Of a stretch of 64,000 nt of DNA, positions 24,530 to 38,538 are shown piece by piece; the stretch's first letter is position 1, and every line of letters starts with the position of its first letter. Source of the stretch: Mobula birostris (lineage: Eukaryota); the NCBI RefSeq assembly GCF_030028105.1, contig NC_092388.1:45080581-45144580 (forward strand). The letters are read 5' to 3'. A program made the translations under genes and the position numbers. Below the pieces are notes generated by a model. It searched no databases. It was not told the DNA's origin and saw only the letters and a program-made list of their open reading frames with translations.

Positions 24530-25023
24530 TCCTAAACACAAAACTATCTGCAGATGCTGATCCCCCAGTAGCCACCCACTTCAAATCTGCTTCCCATTCC
24601 CATTCAGATATGTCCATACATGGCCTCCTCTACTGCCATGGCGAGGCTAAACTCAGGTTGGAGGAGCAACACCTCATATACCATCTAGGTGGTCTCCAGC
24701 CCCTTGGTATGAACAAAGAATTCTCCAACTTCCGGTAATTCCCTCCCCTTCCCTTCCTCTATCCCTACTTCACATCACCTCCCTCATAGTTCCGCCTCCT
24801 TCTACTACTGCGTATTGTTCTCCTGCCAATCATCTCCCTGCTTCCCCTCCCCCACCCCTTTGTCTTCCAAATTACTGTTTTTTTCAACTACCAGCATTCT
24901 TCTAACCCTCCCCAAAGTTCTTCCTTCAGTCCTGACGAAGGGTTTCGGCCTGAAACGTCGACTAATCTTTTCAACTGATGCCAACTGACCTGCTGAGTTC
25001 CTCCAGCGCATTGTGAGTATTCC
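24530..25023 (+). mobile_element. Penelope-like element 3' fragment (GIY-YIG C-terminus plus pseudo-LTR)
   Basis: PVATHFKSASHSHSDMSIHGL..LEEQHLIYHLGGLQPLGMN; 15-bp flanking duplication taaaacagtagctga (24515-24529 and 25024-25038). Confidence 0.88.
24928..24963 (+). ncRNA. Minimal type I hammerhead ribozyme motif
   Basis: AGUC-CUGACGA-AGG(gtttcgg)CCU-GAAA-CG-UC-GACU: stem I, both conserved core boxes, stem II, palindromic loop-less stem III and a GUC cleavage triplet. Confidence 0.8.
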
Positions 25024-26568
25024 TAAAACAGTAGCTGACTGGCAGGAGGCAAAGAGTGTGAATAAAACAGAGCCTTTTCTGACTGGCTACCAGTGACTAG
25101 TAGTGTTGCACAGTGGTGTGTGTTGGGATTGATTCCTTTTACATTACATGTCAATGATTTGAATGATGGAATTGATGGTTTTGTTGCAAAGTTTGCAGAC
25201 AATATGAAGGTAGGTGGAGGGGCAGATACTTTTGAGGAAGCAGAGAGCCTATAGGAAGGACTTAAGATGGGTTAGGGAAATGGGCAAAGAAATGGCAGAT
25301 GAAATACAGTGCCAGGAAGTGTACGGTCATGCACTTTGGTAGAAGAAATTAAAGGGGTGACTATTTTCTAAATGGAAAGAAAATCCAAAAACTGAGGCAC
25401 AAGGGACTTGGGAGTGGTTGTGCAAGATTCCATAAAGGTTAATTTGCAGGCTGAGTCTGTGGTAAGGAAGGCAAATGCATAGTTAGCATTCAAGAGGACG
25501 TGAATATAAAAGCAAGGATGTAATGTTGAGACTGGTGCACTGGCGAGGCCTCACTTGGGAGTACTGTACAGAGCTTTGGGCCCTTTATCTTAGATAAGAC
25601 ATGCTGAAACTGGAGAGGGTTCAAAGGAGGTTCACAAAAATTATTCCAGTTTGAATGGCTTGTCATAAGGAGAGTGTTTGAAGGCTCTGGACCTGTATTC
25701 ACTGGAATTCAAAGGAATGAGGGGTGACCTCTGAAACCTATCGAATGGTGAAAAGCCTTGATAGAGTCCATATAGAGAGGATGTCTCCTATGGTGGGAGT
25801 CATCCATAATAGAGTAGAGGGGTGTCCTTTTAGAACAGAGGAGGAATTTCTTTAGCCAGAGTGGTGAATCTGTGGAATTCTTTGCCATGGGCAGCTGTGG
25901 AGTCCAAGTCTGTATGTATATTTAAGGCAGATGTTGATAGATTCTTGATTGGTCAGGGCAGGAGATTGAGAGGAAAAATGGATCAGCCATAATGAAAAGG
26001 TGGAGCAGACTCGATGGGCCAAATGGCCTAATTCTGCTCCTATGTCTTATGCTTTAAGACTTTAAACAAAAATATTAGTCCTTTCTTTCCCCAGAAATAT
26101 TGCCTGTTCCAACATTTTTTCTTTCATTCCAGATTTCAAACACCTACAGGCCCTTTGCTTTACAGTTGCTCTGAATACTGCTTTTGAGACCACCTGCCAA
26201 TTAGAAGGTTTCAGCTAAAGTTTACAAGGAAATGAAATGAGAGGGGCCAAGCATGTTTTCATATGGTATTCTTAAGAGTTACAGATAGCAAAGTTTCATT
26301 ACATCAGCCTGGAATTAAACTGAAAAGTGAAAGCAAGCTAATGACCTATCCAGAGTTCTAAAATCTTATTTCTGCAGGTTACTAGATCTAAATGTTCATA
26401 GACCTAAATTCTATGCTATTCACAAGAATTGATGCATATTAATGATAAGTTTTAATTTCTTACATATTATACAGCAATTGATTGTTACTACAAAATGTAT
26501 TCTGTTTTATAAAAACAATGCCATCTGGGCAATTTTAATAAGGATTGGTAATGATAGAACTTGTATTA

Positions 26569-26742
<174 letters not shown>

Positions 26743-26792
26743 TCAGCTGATACAAAGCTGAACATTTTGAGAGCTCAAACTGGCAATATATC

Positions 26793-27199
26793 CTCTGGCC
26801 ACATTATTAGGTACGTCCTATGCTTAATAAAATGGCCCACTGAGGGTGTGTATTTTTCTGTAGCTCATCCACTTCAATGTTCAATGTGTTGTGTATTCGG
26901 AGATGCTCTTCTGCACACCACATGTGGGTATTTGAGTTAGTGTCATCATCCTGTCATGTTTTTCGCATCATTCTCTGTAAACTCTAGAGACTTGTGCATG
27001 AAACTCTCAGAAGGTTTAGTTTGAGTTACTCAAACCACACTGTCTGGCACCTACCATCATTCCACAGTCAGAGTCACTTGTTTCACATTATGATGTTTAG
27101 TCTGCACAACAACTGAACCTCTTGACCACATCTGCATGCTTTTATGCATTGAGTTTCTGTCACGTTAACAAACAGGCATACCTAATAAAGTGGCCAGAG
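26793..27199. mobile_element. Tc1-like non-autonomous element (MITE)
   Basis: 21-bp inverted termini ctctggccacattattaggta / tacctaataaagtggccagag (1 mismatch). Confidence 0.7.
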
Positions 27200-27465
27200 T
27201 CTCTTGTCGCATCAGAATATCCAGGAACATTACACATCCCAAGAATTACTTTATGAAGTAAATTCTTGCTCCAATTAGAGCTATGAACAAATTCTAAATA
27301 CCTGGTAGGAATCATTATGACCATTTTACAGACAACACGTTTGAAATTTTATTTTAAACTTTGCAAAGATCAAGCCTCAAATTCTCTATGCCCTTTTCAT
27401 TACTTAGGTTGCAGAAATACCATTATAAACAGAACATATTGCAGAATTGGTCACCCAAGCAAGCA

Positions 27466-28857
27466 CAGGTTAAGCACCCCTTATCCAAAATGCTTGGTGC
27501 CAGAACTGCTTCAGACTTTGGAATATTTCCATCTATATAATGCGATAATTTGGGGATTAGACGCGTTTAAACATGAAATCCATTTACATTACCTATACAG
27601 GTTATGCTTATACCCTGAAAGTAGTTTTATATATTTTTGATAATTTTGTGCATGAATTTCCAGTTCATCGTGATAGATCTTTGCTTGTTTTATGATCAAC
27701 GTACCATTAAGCAGCATGTGTCCACAAATACATTCTTTCAATATATGACAGACCTTGATTTTTCACTTTATGCAGTGTTTTTTTCTATTTTTCATCATCT
27801 TCTGATCATTACTTTTAACATAGAACTTTAATGGTTCCTTAAAGTCATCACAGCCAGGGATGGTAATGGGGATAAGCCCTCACTACAGAGTAAATACTCC
27901 CAATGGTGTGCCACTCAAATAGCCTTTGACAAACACATCCAGCTCCTGGCCTTCACGTGTGGCTTAGCTAAGCTTGGCAGAACAGTTTCTACTGACAGGA
28001 GAAGTAGCAAAGGCGGGTTAATGGCTTCTTAAAACCAGTCACTTCGAGCATATGGGGCTCGTCAGCAGCTCATCTAGAAGGGAAACTCTGATCTCAAACC
28101 TCCGCTGCCTTGTGGCTACACCAATCACGGGAAAGGCTTCGGGAGTAAACACAGAGAAAAAATCCAAAGCTAGAGTCCTTACATGGAGTTCAGCACTGAC
28201 TGGCAAATCCAGCAACACCACTGGTACCATATTGGGGTCTCTGCTGTTCCTTTGCATTCATCAGATGAGTTGGGGGAAGCCTGCTGCAGGGGCAACAGGC
28301 TGTCTATATTGTACAAACTTGGCTTACACATCACATGGAGAGCTAGGGTGCAATATCCATGGTGGATCTCAACCAGTGGAGGGTCTCAGTGGCAGAATTT
28401 TAACAGATTGTCCTTCTACTTCTTTAGGTCATAGATGGTGAACACTACAACACCATACTCCTCTGTCAGATGCTTCACACTTACACTGCCATCAAGTCGT
28501 AACAACCTGACTTGTTTCCCTTTTTCATTTCACTATTACCCATAAGGGTAACTACAGGCCTTTCTGATATTTTCAACAATACAGAGGAGAGAATGTGCAA
28601 AGCACATGGTAATCGCTATGAGTAATGCACAAAGGTCTGGCAATAAAAACTGCTGAAATCAAACTGGTGCCAACAGGGAACCACTCAGAGTATGTGAGGT
28701 CACTTCTCAAAACCACCTGTGGTGGACAAAGACCTGCGCATCACCTGGGAACCTTCTTAGTGCCTTGTGGAATTTCCCATTTGTGGCATCATGTCGGCAT
28801 TCAAGAAAAATTTGAATTTCAGAAGTTTTGAATATTTGGATAAGGGGTGCTCCACTG
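27466..28857. mobile_element. Tigger4/MER46-like non-autonomous element with internal insertion
   Basis: Inverted ends caggttaagcaccccttatccaaa / tttggataaggggtgctccactg|TA; subterminal gtggaatttcccatttgtggcatcatgtcggc recalled as MER46-like. Confidence 0.65.
27845..28420 (+). mobile_element. Interspersed repeat resembling an RTE 5'UTR-derived non-autonomous element
   Basis: Sharp GC shift inside the AT-rich Tigger body; tctagaagggaaactctgatctcaaacc motif recalled from RTE 5' regions. Confidence 0.35.
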
Positions 28858-29155
28858 TACATGTGTTTATATGAGAGATTTTAAAGCAACTATTTGGGGT
28901 ATGAATGAACATTAGTACAAAGAACCTAAAGCAACAAACTCGTATGAAGTTCATAATTACAGAAAAATCTGCAAAAAAAAGGGTCTAAAATACATATGGA
29001 TTTTTTAGATCTTAAATCCATCAAAGCTTCCATTATTGGAGAAAATTCATCTTTCTCATCTCATTTATTTCCTACTTGAGGTAAAGAAATCTACTCTGAT
29101 GATTGACACGCAGGTACAACAACCAATTAAGTTAACAGTAGGTTGGTCTTTAGTA

Positions 29156-32093
29156 CAGGTTTCCCCCGCTATCTGAAGGTACAGTGTTCCTATAAAACGG
29201 TTCGTAAGCCGGAATGTCATAAAGTGAATAAGCAATTACCATTTATTAATATGGGAAAAATTTTTGAACGTTCCCAGACCCAAAAAATAACCTACAAAAT
29301 CACACCAAATAACACATAAAACCTAAAATAACAGTAACATATACTAAAAGCAGGAATGATATGATAAATACACAGCCTATATAAAGTAGAAATACTTTTC
29401 TGCAGCACTGTCTAGTGCAGCGAAAATCTCGCGGAAGTGTTCTCAGCAGAAACACTCTCTCCAGTAACCTTTAAGCTATGAAGCTGCCAAATCATACCAA
29501 GTAACACAAAAATAGACAGCCTATATAAAGTAGAAATAACGTATGTACAGTGTAGTTTCACTTACCAGAATCGGGAAGACTCCAATAAATTGCAGTTTCA
29601 TCACAGTTTAACACTTGCTTATACGAATAACCACCTGACACAATCAGCAATCGCCTCTGATCTGGGCTGACATTTACATGCCGGGTGTCACCTAATTAAT
29701 TAGCTTGTTTATTTCGGCTTTTTTCTTAAAGAGGTGCTGGGTGCATCCCAACTACCGCTGCACCACTGCATTCTTCGTGGCCCCGCATCGGTCGGCAGCC
29801 CGGAGGTTGGGGACCACTGCTTAAACTATGAAGCCGCCCTCGCCTCAGAAACCCATCAAACCACCCATGACTACCTTTAAATTCCACTTCCGCAACACTT
29901 ATATCACTATCGTCCAGTGCTTTCTGTTTCAGCTTATTAAAAAGACTGAGTGATTTCTCCTTAAGTATAAGAAAACTCAACGGAACACTACGCTTTGTAC
30001 ACCCATCAATCCACTCAAGCAATAGACTTTCCATTTTATCCATTATTGGATGCCGACTGAGAGACCACTTTGCTACAAGCAGAACCAACAGTAACATTGG
30101 CAGCTTTCAAAATTCTTTCTCTCTGCGTATAAATAGTGTGAATGGTGAACGCAGGCAAGTTCAACGCGCGGACAATGTCCTTACTTCATTCACCACGATT
30201 GAAACGCTTAATTATGTCTAGTTTTACGCCAAGGGTAACACCCTTACGAGCTCTTTTAGGCTTTTCCCATACCTTAGAACTCATCTTGCTAACGGATGCA
30301 CAAAATAAATCGAGATAAAGCACGTGTTTAAGCAATGCCAGCTAGAATGCAGTACTGGGGGAGCAGGTTGGCTGTTCAGGCGCACGCTGCCTTTTTTCGT
30401 AACAGTGAAAACACCTTGTTTGCGAAAACAGGTACAGGTGTCCCCCGCTTTATGAAACCTCACTGTTACGAAAAAAGGCAGCGCACACCCTGAGCAGCCG
30501 CTCTCCCCTCGGATTCGGAATGGCAATCTCGCCGGCATTGCTTAAACACGTGCCTGTGAGCAGCCGTTAGCAAGATGAGATCTAATACAAAAAGGAAAAG
30601 CCTGAAAGAGCTTGTAAGGGTGTTATACTTAGCGTAAAACTAGACATAGTTAAGCGTTTTGATCATGGTGAACGAAGTAAGGACAAAGTGAGTTTGGCTT
30701 GTGGAAGCTGACGAAGATGATGTTGAAGAGGTTTTGGCATCCCATGACCAAGAACTGATAGATGAAGAGCAGATGCAATTGGAAGAGGAAAGGATAACAA
30801 TCGAAACCGAATGCAGTAGCGAATGGACCGAAAGTGAAGTTGTCCAGAACTGAACATGAAGCAACTGCATGAGATTTTCGCTGCAATGATAAAGTACAAC
30901 TTTAATTTTGAAAGGATACGTCAGTTTAGGGCATATTTGCAAGATGGTTTGAGTACTTACAAAGAACTGTATGATAGAAAAATGCGCGAGGCTCAGCAGT
31001 CAAGCATACTGTCGTTTTTCAAGCCTTGCACATCAGCCACAGCAGACGACCAACATCGACCTTCGACATCGAGGCAGGCAGTCATAGGAGAAGATGAGCT
31101 GCCTGCCCTAATGGAAACAGACAATGATGAGAAGACACCCCAGTGTCCCACCCTCAACCCCCGGGCCGCAGGCAGATACCGATTCGTGGAGAATGCAGCA
31201 GTAGCCGGGAGGCACACAGCACATCTTTAAGAAAATAGCTGAAATAAACATGCTAATTAATTAGATGCCGCCTGGCACGTAATTGTCGGCCCAGGTCAGA
31301 AGCCACGCAATCAGCAATCGCCTCTGATCTGGGCCGACATTTACGTGCCGGGCAGCACCTAATTAATTAGCATGTTTATTTCGGCTTTTTTCTTAAAGGT
31401 GTGCTGTGTGCCTCCCGGCTACCGCCGCACCACTGCATGCTTCGCGGATCGGCATCGGTCAGTGGCCTGGAGGGTGGGGGCCACTGTACCACCCCAACCT
31501 GCGACGACTCAGCTTAACACACCATCATCAGTGTGCTCGCTGTCTTCCCGATTCCCGTAAGTGATGCTACACTGTACATACATTATTTCTACTTATATCA
31601 GCTGTGTATTTTTACATGTTATTTGGTATGATTTGGCAGCTTCCCAGCTTAAAGGTTACTGGAGAGTGTTTTTGCCAACAGTGCTTGCGTGAGATTTTCT
31701 GCTGAGAGCGCTTGCGCCATGTTTTTGCCGAGCGCCCTTGCGTGAGATTTTCGCTACGGAGAACAGTGCAGGCAATGATTGTGGAAAAGTATTTCTACTT
31801 TATATAGGCTGTATATTTATCATATCATTCCTGCTTTTACTATATGTTACTGTTATTTTAGATTTTATGTGTTATTTGGCATGATTTGGTAGGTTATTTT
31901 TGGGTCTGCAGCTCACAAATTTTTCCCATATAATTAAGTGGTAAATGCTTCTTTGCTTTACGACATTCCGGCTTACGAACCGTTTCATAGGAACACTCTA
32001 CCTTCGGATGGCAGGGGAAATCTGTAACTAATGTAGGTCTTTCATAACAGCGAGGTGTCGTAAAGCGAACATTCGGAAAACGGGGGCCACCTG
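29156..32093 (-). mobile_element. Tigger/pogo element (host copy) retaining psq-HTH and CENP-B HTH transposase coding
   Basis: TA|CAGGTTTCCCCCGC...CGGGGGCCACCTG|TA; MSSKV..RKGVTLGVKLDIIK at about 30285; ORF 29726..30097 MESLLLEWI..FKGSHGWF. Confidence 0.88.
30435..32024 (+). mobile_element. Internally deleted Tigger copy nested inversely within the 29156-32093 copy
   Basis: TA|CAGGTGTCCCCCGC...GGGGAAATCTG|TA; colinear with 9747-11315. Confidence 0.88.
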
Positions 32094-32818
32094 TACAAGA
32101 AAAGCAATTTGCTTTAATTACATAAGTCTCTCCATAGATACTTAGAAGACCATGTATGTGGATCTTGTCTCTCTATCTAAAGAAGGGTGTATTTGCAATA
32201 GAAGAAATACAACAAAGATTCACCAAATTAGGTGGCAGGTTGGTCATACGAATAGATGGTAAGTGGATGCAAAGTTTGACAGAATGAGAAGCAATCGCAC
32301 TGCTGTCTACAAACACGGAGCCACAGCGCAGATGCCAGCTGATGTTTCTCCTAAAGAGATATCTAGAATCAAGGATCACTGGCTCAAATTAAGAGGGTCA
32401 ACAATTCTGAACAGCATTAAGAGGAAATTTCTTCACCAGAAAAAAGCAATACCTTTGAAGTTTTGTACCCAAGAGTCACTTATACTCATTATATGCAAGA
32501 CAAGTACCAATAGATTTTTAGACATTAAGCAAACTGAGAAATACATGTAATGCTAACAACTGGCACTAGGGCAAAATGTCACCTGTGATTTTATTGAAGG
32601 ATGCAAGATAGCAAATGGCCTACACTTGCTTCCATTCCTTAGCCAACAATCAAGATACATTTAAGTCCTTAGAAGGCTGCTAATATTGAATGAATTTCAG
32701 CAAGCATAGGTCGCATCGAGGAAGTGAGTAAAAATTAGTAAGCCAAGTGCGGATCCTGTGCTTGTAGTGACCAATTGTAATTTAATTTTGAGCATTTGGT
32801 AACCATATCACTGACTTA

Positions 32819-32959
<141 letters not shown>

Positions 32960-33205
32960 TCAAATCAGCATATTAAAAGGAAGAAGGTAGAAGGAGGTAG
33001 ATGCGTTCCAAGTTCATTGAGTAGCCGGAATTCTGGAGTGCTTTACAATGAATTCCACAAGTACACCACCTTCTTGGTGAAGATACTTCTCATCACAGAC
33101 CCAAATAATTTGGCACAACCTAAGGAGGGGAAACATCATTTCTGCATCTGGTCAGCCTAGCTTTGTCAAACTTCATGAAATTACATTCTCTCTCAATCTC
33201 CTACG

Positions 33206-33417
33206 CAGGGGTCCCCAAACTTTTTTGCACCGTGGGTTGGTTTAACATTGACGATATTCTTGTGGACCGGCCGATGGCCGGGGGTGGAGGGGTGGGTGTG
33301 TGCGTGTGTTTGTTCAACAGTGCGTGACAAGGAATGAGGAAAGGTGCAGATGACTCATATCGTTTCATATCACCAAATCATATTGTTTCCTCACCGCCCG
33401 GTGGTTGGGGACCACTG
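33206..33417. mobile_element. hAT/Charlie-type MITE
   Basis: caggggtccccaaac / ggttggggaccactg inverted ends; imperfect 8-bp TSD (tcctacgc / ttctacac). Confidence 0.75.
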
Positions 33418-33723
33418 TTCTACACTGTAGTGAATACAAGCCTAGTCAACATAATCTTTCATATGCCATCTCTGTTATCCCAACAACCAGCACATATAAA
33501 CTTCTTTTTAAAAAACAAAATGAAACCAAAATTGCCTAATATTCTATGCGTGGCTTCAGCAAAATACCTTTATTCCTATATTCAAACCCTAGTGCAAAGA
33601 TGGTGAATGTTCCACTTGCCTTAACACACTGCTGTGACTTTGCACTTGCTTTTAATGAATGGTGTACAAGGGCACTGGAGTATATTTGTACATGAGAAAT
33701 TCCCAATCTAACAACTTATTTTT

Positions 33724-34730
33724 CATAGAAACATAGAAAACCTACAGCACTATACAGGCCCTTCAGCTCACAAAGCTGTGCCGAACATGTCCTTATCTTA
33801 GAACTACCTAGGTTTACCCATAGCCCTCTATTTTTCTAAGCTCCATGTAGCCATCCAGGAGTCTCTTAAAAGACCCTATCGTTTCCACCTCCACCACTGC
33901 CGCCAGCAGCCCATTCCATGCACTCACCACTCTCTGCATAAAAACACTTACCCCTGACATCTCCTCTGTACCTACTTCCAAGCACTTTAAAAATATGCGC
34001 TGTCGTGCTAGCCATTTCAGCCCTGGGAAAAAGCCTCTGACTATCCACACAATCAATGCTTCTCATTATCTTGTACACTTCTATCAGGTCACCTCTCAAC
34101 CTCCGTCGCTCCAAGGAGAAAAGGCCGAGTTCACTCAACCTATTCTCATAAGGCATGCTCCCCAATCCAGGCAACATCCTTGTGAATCTACTCTGTACCT
34201 TTTCTATGGTTTTCACGTCCTTCCTGTAGTGAGGCGACCAGAATTAAGCACAATACTCCAAGTGGGGTCTGACCAGGGTCCTATATTACCTCTGCAACAT
34301 TACCTCTCGGCCCTTAAACTCAATCCCACGATTGATGAAGGCCAATGTAACCACAGAGTCAACCTGCATAGCAGCTTTGAGTTTCCTATGGACTCGGACC
34401 CCAAGTTCCCTCTGATCCTCCGCACTGCCAAGAGTCTTGCCATTAATGCTATATTCTGCCATCATATTTGATCTAACAAAATGAACCACCTCTTACTTAT
34501 CTGGGTTGAACTCCATCTGCCACTTCTCAGCCCAGTTTTGCTTCCTATCAATGTCCCGCTGTAACCTCTGACAGCCCTCTACACTATCCACAACACCCCC
34601 AACCTCTGTGTCATCAGCAAACTTACTAACCCATACCCCCACTTCCTCATCCAGGTCATTTATAAAAATCACGAAGAGTAGGGGTCCCAGGACAGATCCG
34701 AGGCACACCACTGGTCACTGGCCTCCAGGC
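33724..34730 (-). mobile_element. CR1 LINE 3' portion in PSMA2 intron 3
   Basis: GSVLGPLLFVIFINDL, KFADDT, RGDLIEVYK; (catagaaa)n tail on the plus strand. Confidence 0.92.
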
Positions 34731-35742
34731 ATCCAAAGTGAATTTATCCATATTTACTGCATATCCTTGTATTCAGCCACTCACTTGATCTACCCGAATC
34801 ATGCTGATGCCTCTCTGTATTCACAGTTTAAAACCCACTCAGTGGAGTGTAATTGGCAATTTTTAAGATATTATATTTGAATACCTAACCAAATTACTGA
34901 TATCCCCAAAATAGTTGGGCTGCACTGATCCCTGATTCTGCCTGCCTTTTTGAAAAAAAAAACATTCATTCACACTATCTTCTTTATCAACCAAACTTCC
35001 ATCCATGGCAATATATAACCCTCAATACAATGTACTTTAATTTTGCATGTTAAATTCTGAGAGATTTTATCAAGTTTTCTGAAGTTTCAAGTTGCAATTT
35101 GTATACGACAAACAGCATTATACCTTCATCTACAACCAAAAGAGAAGAAAGATGAGTAACTGGTGTCCTTTCTCACTGTTGGATGTATTTGCTCTCTGAA
35201 TGCCTTTGAGGATAAACAACTGCTTCTCCAAAAGACACTAGAGAATCTGAAGAACTTCTTCAACCTCTGTAACGCCTTTAAAATTTTCTCAATGTGTTCT
35301 AGAGTCTAGTTCCATACCATCTGGTCCCAGATAGTCCATCTGCAGAGTTAATAAAAGCACCACACAGCTTTGTATACTTTACTGTTTCAATCAGCAGTGA
35401 CGATGCAGTGTCCAACTTGTTACCTCTGCTGCCCAACTGCATTAAGTCATCAACTAGAATTAAGTGGCTGGGATACCATAGAATTGGAACATCCAAGACC
35501 AGGGTAAGCAATGAATTGTAACCAATTACCTCATTCCCCTTATTATTCACATTTCCTTAACTCAACATTGATCAATGTCACAGAATGCAGTATACGTCAG
35601 TGATATTGGAATGAACAGTCAACAGTCAGACAGGATTTTTCTGATAAAAAAAACGGAAATATCAGAAACCAAGAAATCCAAAATTCCTTTCCTAGAACCT
35701 ATCAAGAGGAAAAAAAATTTTCATGTTAATTTGTGTCACCTA

Positions 35743-35985
<243 letters not shown>

Positions 35986-37304
35986 TCACATTTCAATAGA
36001 ACAAATCAATTTGCATTTAGCACTACTCATGCTCTCTGTACACCTCAGTGGATTAATTCTGTATTGTAGTCCCTCACCACGACTCAATCCCAAATTTTGG
36101 AACATTAAGAGAACACAGGAATATGGGGCTAGAATGTGAAAATGATAATAAGGTAAGTGAAGCCGGTGGGTGCAGCAAAATTCCTACCTATACTCATACT
36201 TTAATTTGAGGAAAACCACAGTTAATGAGGATGTGCAGTATGTTATCTCAAATAACAGTCTGAGCATAACACAATGACGTGTGCCTGAACATCTTATAAA
36301 GACGGCTATGTCTGACAGTGGCATTCAGAAAAATAGCAGCTAGTTTGCACATATCAAATAAGGTACTATGCAGTTTTGTGTTCTTACTTGAGCAATTAAC
36401 ATACTATGGAATGTTTATCACTAAATTCTGATTTAGAACTTTGTATGAAAAAATAGCATCAGTATATCATTCTATTCAATTTGTCAAGTAACAAGAGCGT
36501 TTTCTCCCTACATTAATTGCTTTTTCATATATTAGTTATTTCCAATTTACTAATTCCTTTGAGAAACCTTGGTTCTGCAGGTTATGGATATTAATAGGTA
36601 AACATATACAAGGCTTTGAACTTTCTTGTACGTCATTAAATGATACTCATATTAACAATATGTGAACGATATGTGAACCAGTGTGCATCTTCCAGAAAGA
36701 TTCAAGAAGACATCTGTACTTTTAATTCACTAGGGTTCTGTAAGTAATCATAGTAGAGGCAAGCCACGTAGGGGAGTGGAAGGGTTGAGTTCCTAGCAAT
36801 CTATCCACATCAGGACTTAATGCCATGTCATCAGCTCATGTGTCAAGAAACGCAAGTTGAGAAAAAATGGAGTATTTACTTTTCTTCCCTCCCACATAAA
36901 TTACAAGAACAATTTTATTCTGCAACTGAAGTTTTTCTGTAGTATTTTGAATTCTGCAAGGGCAAATTTATGTAAACAAAACGGGTGTAAGGTGGAGAGG
37001 GGATTACCCAAGATCCTCTTTTCCGATATCAAAGTAACAAATCATCTCATGTTCCAGACCAATTGTCATTCCATCAACTACACATGAAAAATCAAGATAC
37101 AACTATTGGCAACATGGGAGCACTTTTTACTGCAGTGGTTCAAGGCAGTGTTCCAGCTATTTTATCTCAAGTACAATAATCACTTGCCTCATTAACAATA
37201 CCCATTTCCTATTTTGAGATACAGCCATTTTTTTCCCAGTTAAGTACCTAACAAAAATAGGAAAACAGAGTTCAATTACATGGCCGTAATATTATTGTGC
37301 ATAC

Positions 37305-37381
37305 CTTTAATTCCAACTGCTGGAGCTCCTGCGGCTACAGCTGCCAAAGCATACTCAATCTGGACAAGTTTCCCTGAAGGA
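37305..37381 (-). CDS. PSMA2: PSMA2 coding exon 2 ([25 protein letters not shown])
   Basis: 77 nt; tttcag acceptor, gtatgc donor. Confidence 0.97.
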
Positions 37382-38538
37382 CTGAAAGATACAAAAATTA
37401 ATTAGCATAACTGTGTGAAATTAATAATTTCTAACTTTCCTTTGCAAAGTACACTGATAATTTGGGGTGTTTGGGACTTTGGTGGTGCCAGTCTCTTTAG
37501 ATTTTGTGGACCAATTGTATATTATTTATTAATACCGCAACATCTTCATTTTTCTTTGATGTTACGATAAAGCTTCCAGTGAATCCACTGAGCAGGAAGG
37601 AAGCATAGGATCTGTGGCCCCAGTGAGCATAAAAGGAGCATGGGAAACATCTGATGAGATAAACTCTGAATCTCAGGATCTTTGATGAACTCAGATTTAC
37701 TGCAAGTAACTTTTTAAACCTAATAGTTATTCATGAGTAGGTTTCAAATCTAGAATATTTCCCCCCACAAGCATTCCAAGATTATTACATTTCAAAGCAC
37801 AAAACAATTGTGATGCTCACTAATTGATGTTTAATTATAATTTTCAGTACATACCAGGAATGTGACCTGGTAAAAACACACAATAAATCAATAAAATTGA
37901 TTTAGCTTTCAGTTAAAGTTTTTTTCTTGGTGGGGGCTCATCCAAAGCATTAGCTTCCAGCTCTAGCATTGAAAACAAAACTTCCAAGTTTCTTCCTAGC
38001 AGCAGTGAAAACTGATGGCAAAGGCCTGAAAAGCATAACCAGGTAAAGTAAAGGACGAAGAACAAAGATTATTCTTCAATTCAAAAAGAAACGGAGAAGG
38101 ATTTTTCTTTGTATTCACGCTATTAATTGAACTGACTGAGGTTCGTAGGTCTGAAGTCATAAAGGGATGGCAACTTTCCTTGCCTAAACGATATTAGTAA
38201 CCAGAATTGTTTCATCCCCGCTACTTTTATGGCTACTTGTTTATTTCTACTTTTCAATACTGAACTAATTGTTGGCAGTGTTTCCAGCAACTGTATTACG
38301 CCCTCATAGCCTATACAAAATAGTCACGGGCAGAGGGAAAGCAAACCTTAAAGAATTTCCAAATATTTCAAAAGCTGGTTAAAACGCACACAAATCGGAC
38401 ATCTGATTTTTCTTTGAATTTACTGTTCCAATCCCAATACTTCCCGTAGTCCGCCCACTCCAATCTTTTTAACGAAAGCGAAACTAAGTCGCTCAAGACG
38501 CATTCGGGGTAAAACAGGGGCGAGGAACGCAGTAGGTC

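Larger units (their letters stand above)
23060..26055 (+). mobile_element. CR1 LINE ORF2 remnant (APE through 3' end) in PSMA2 intron 5, split by Penelope
   Basis: YRPPN, VMGDFN, YFASVFT, YLDFQKAFDKVPH, KFADN; ttctgctcctatgtcttatg tail. Confidence 0.9.

Noticed and set aside
29726-30290. Domesticated TIGD/CENP-B-like gene
   Set aside because: In-frame stop, frameshift, no DDE domain, and flanking TIRs with TA TSDs indicate a dead transposon.
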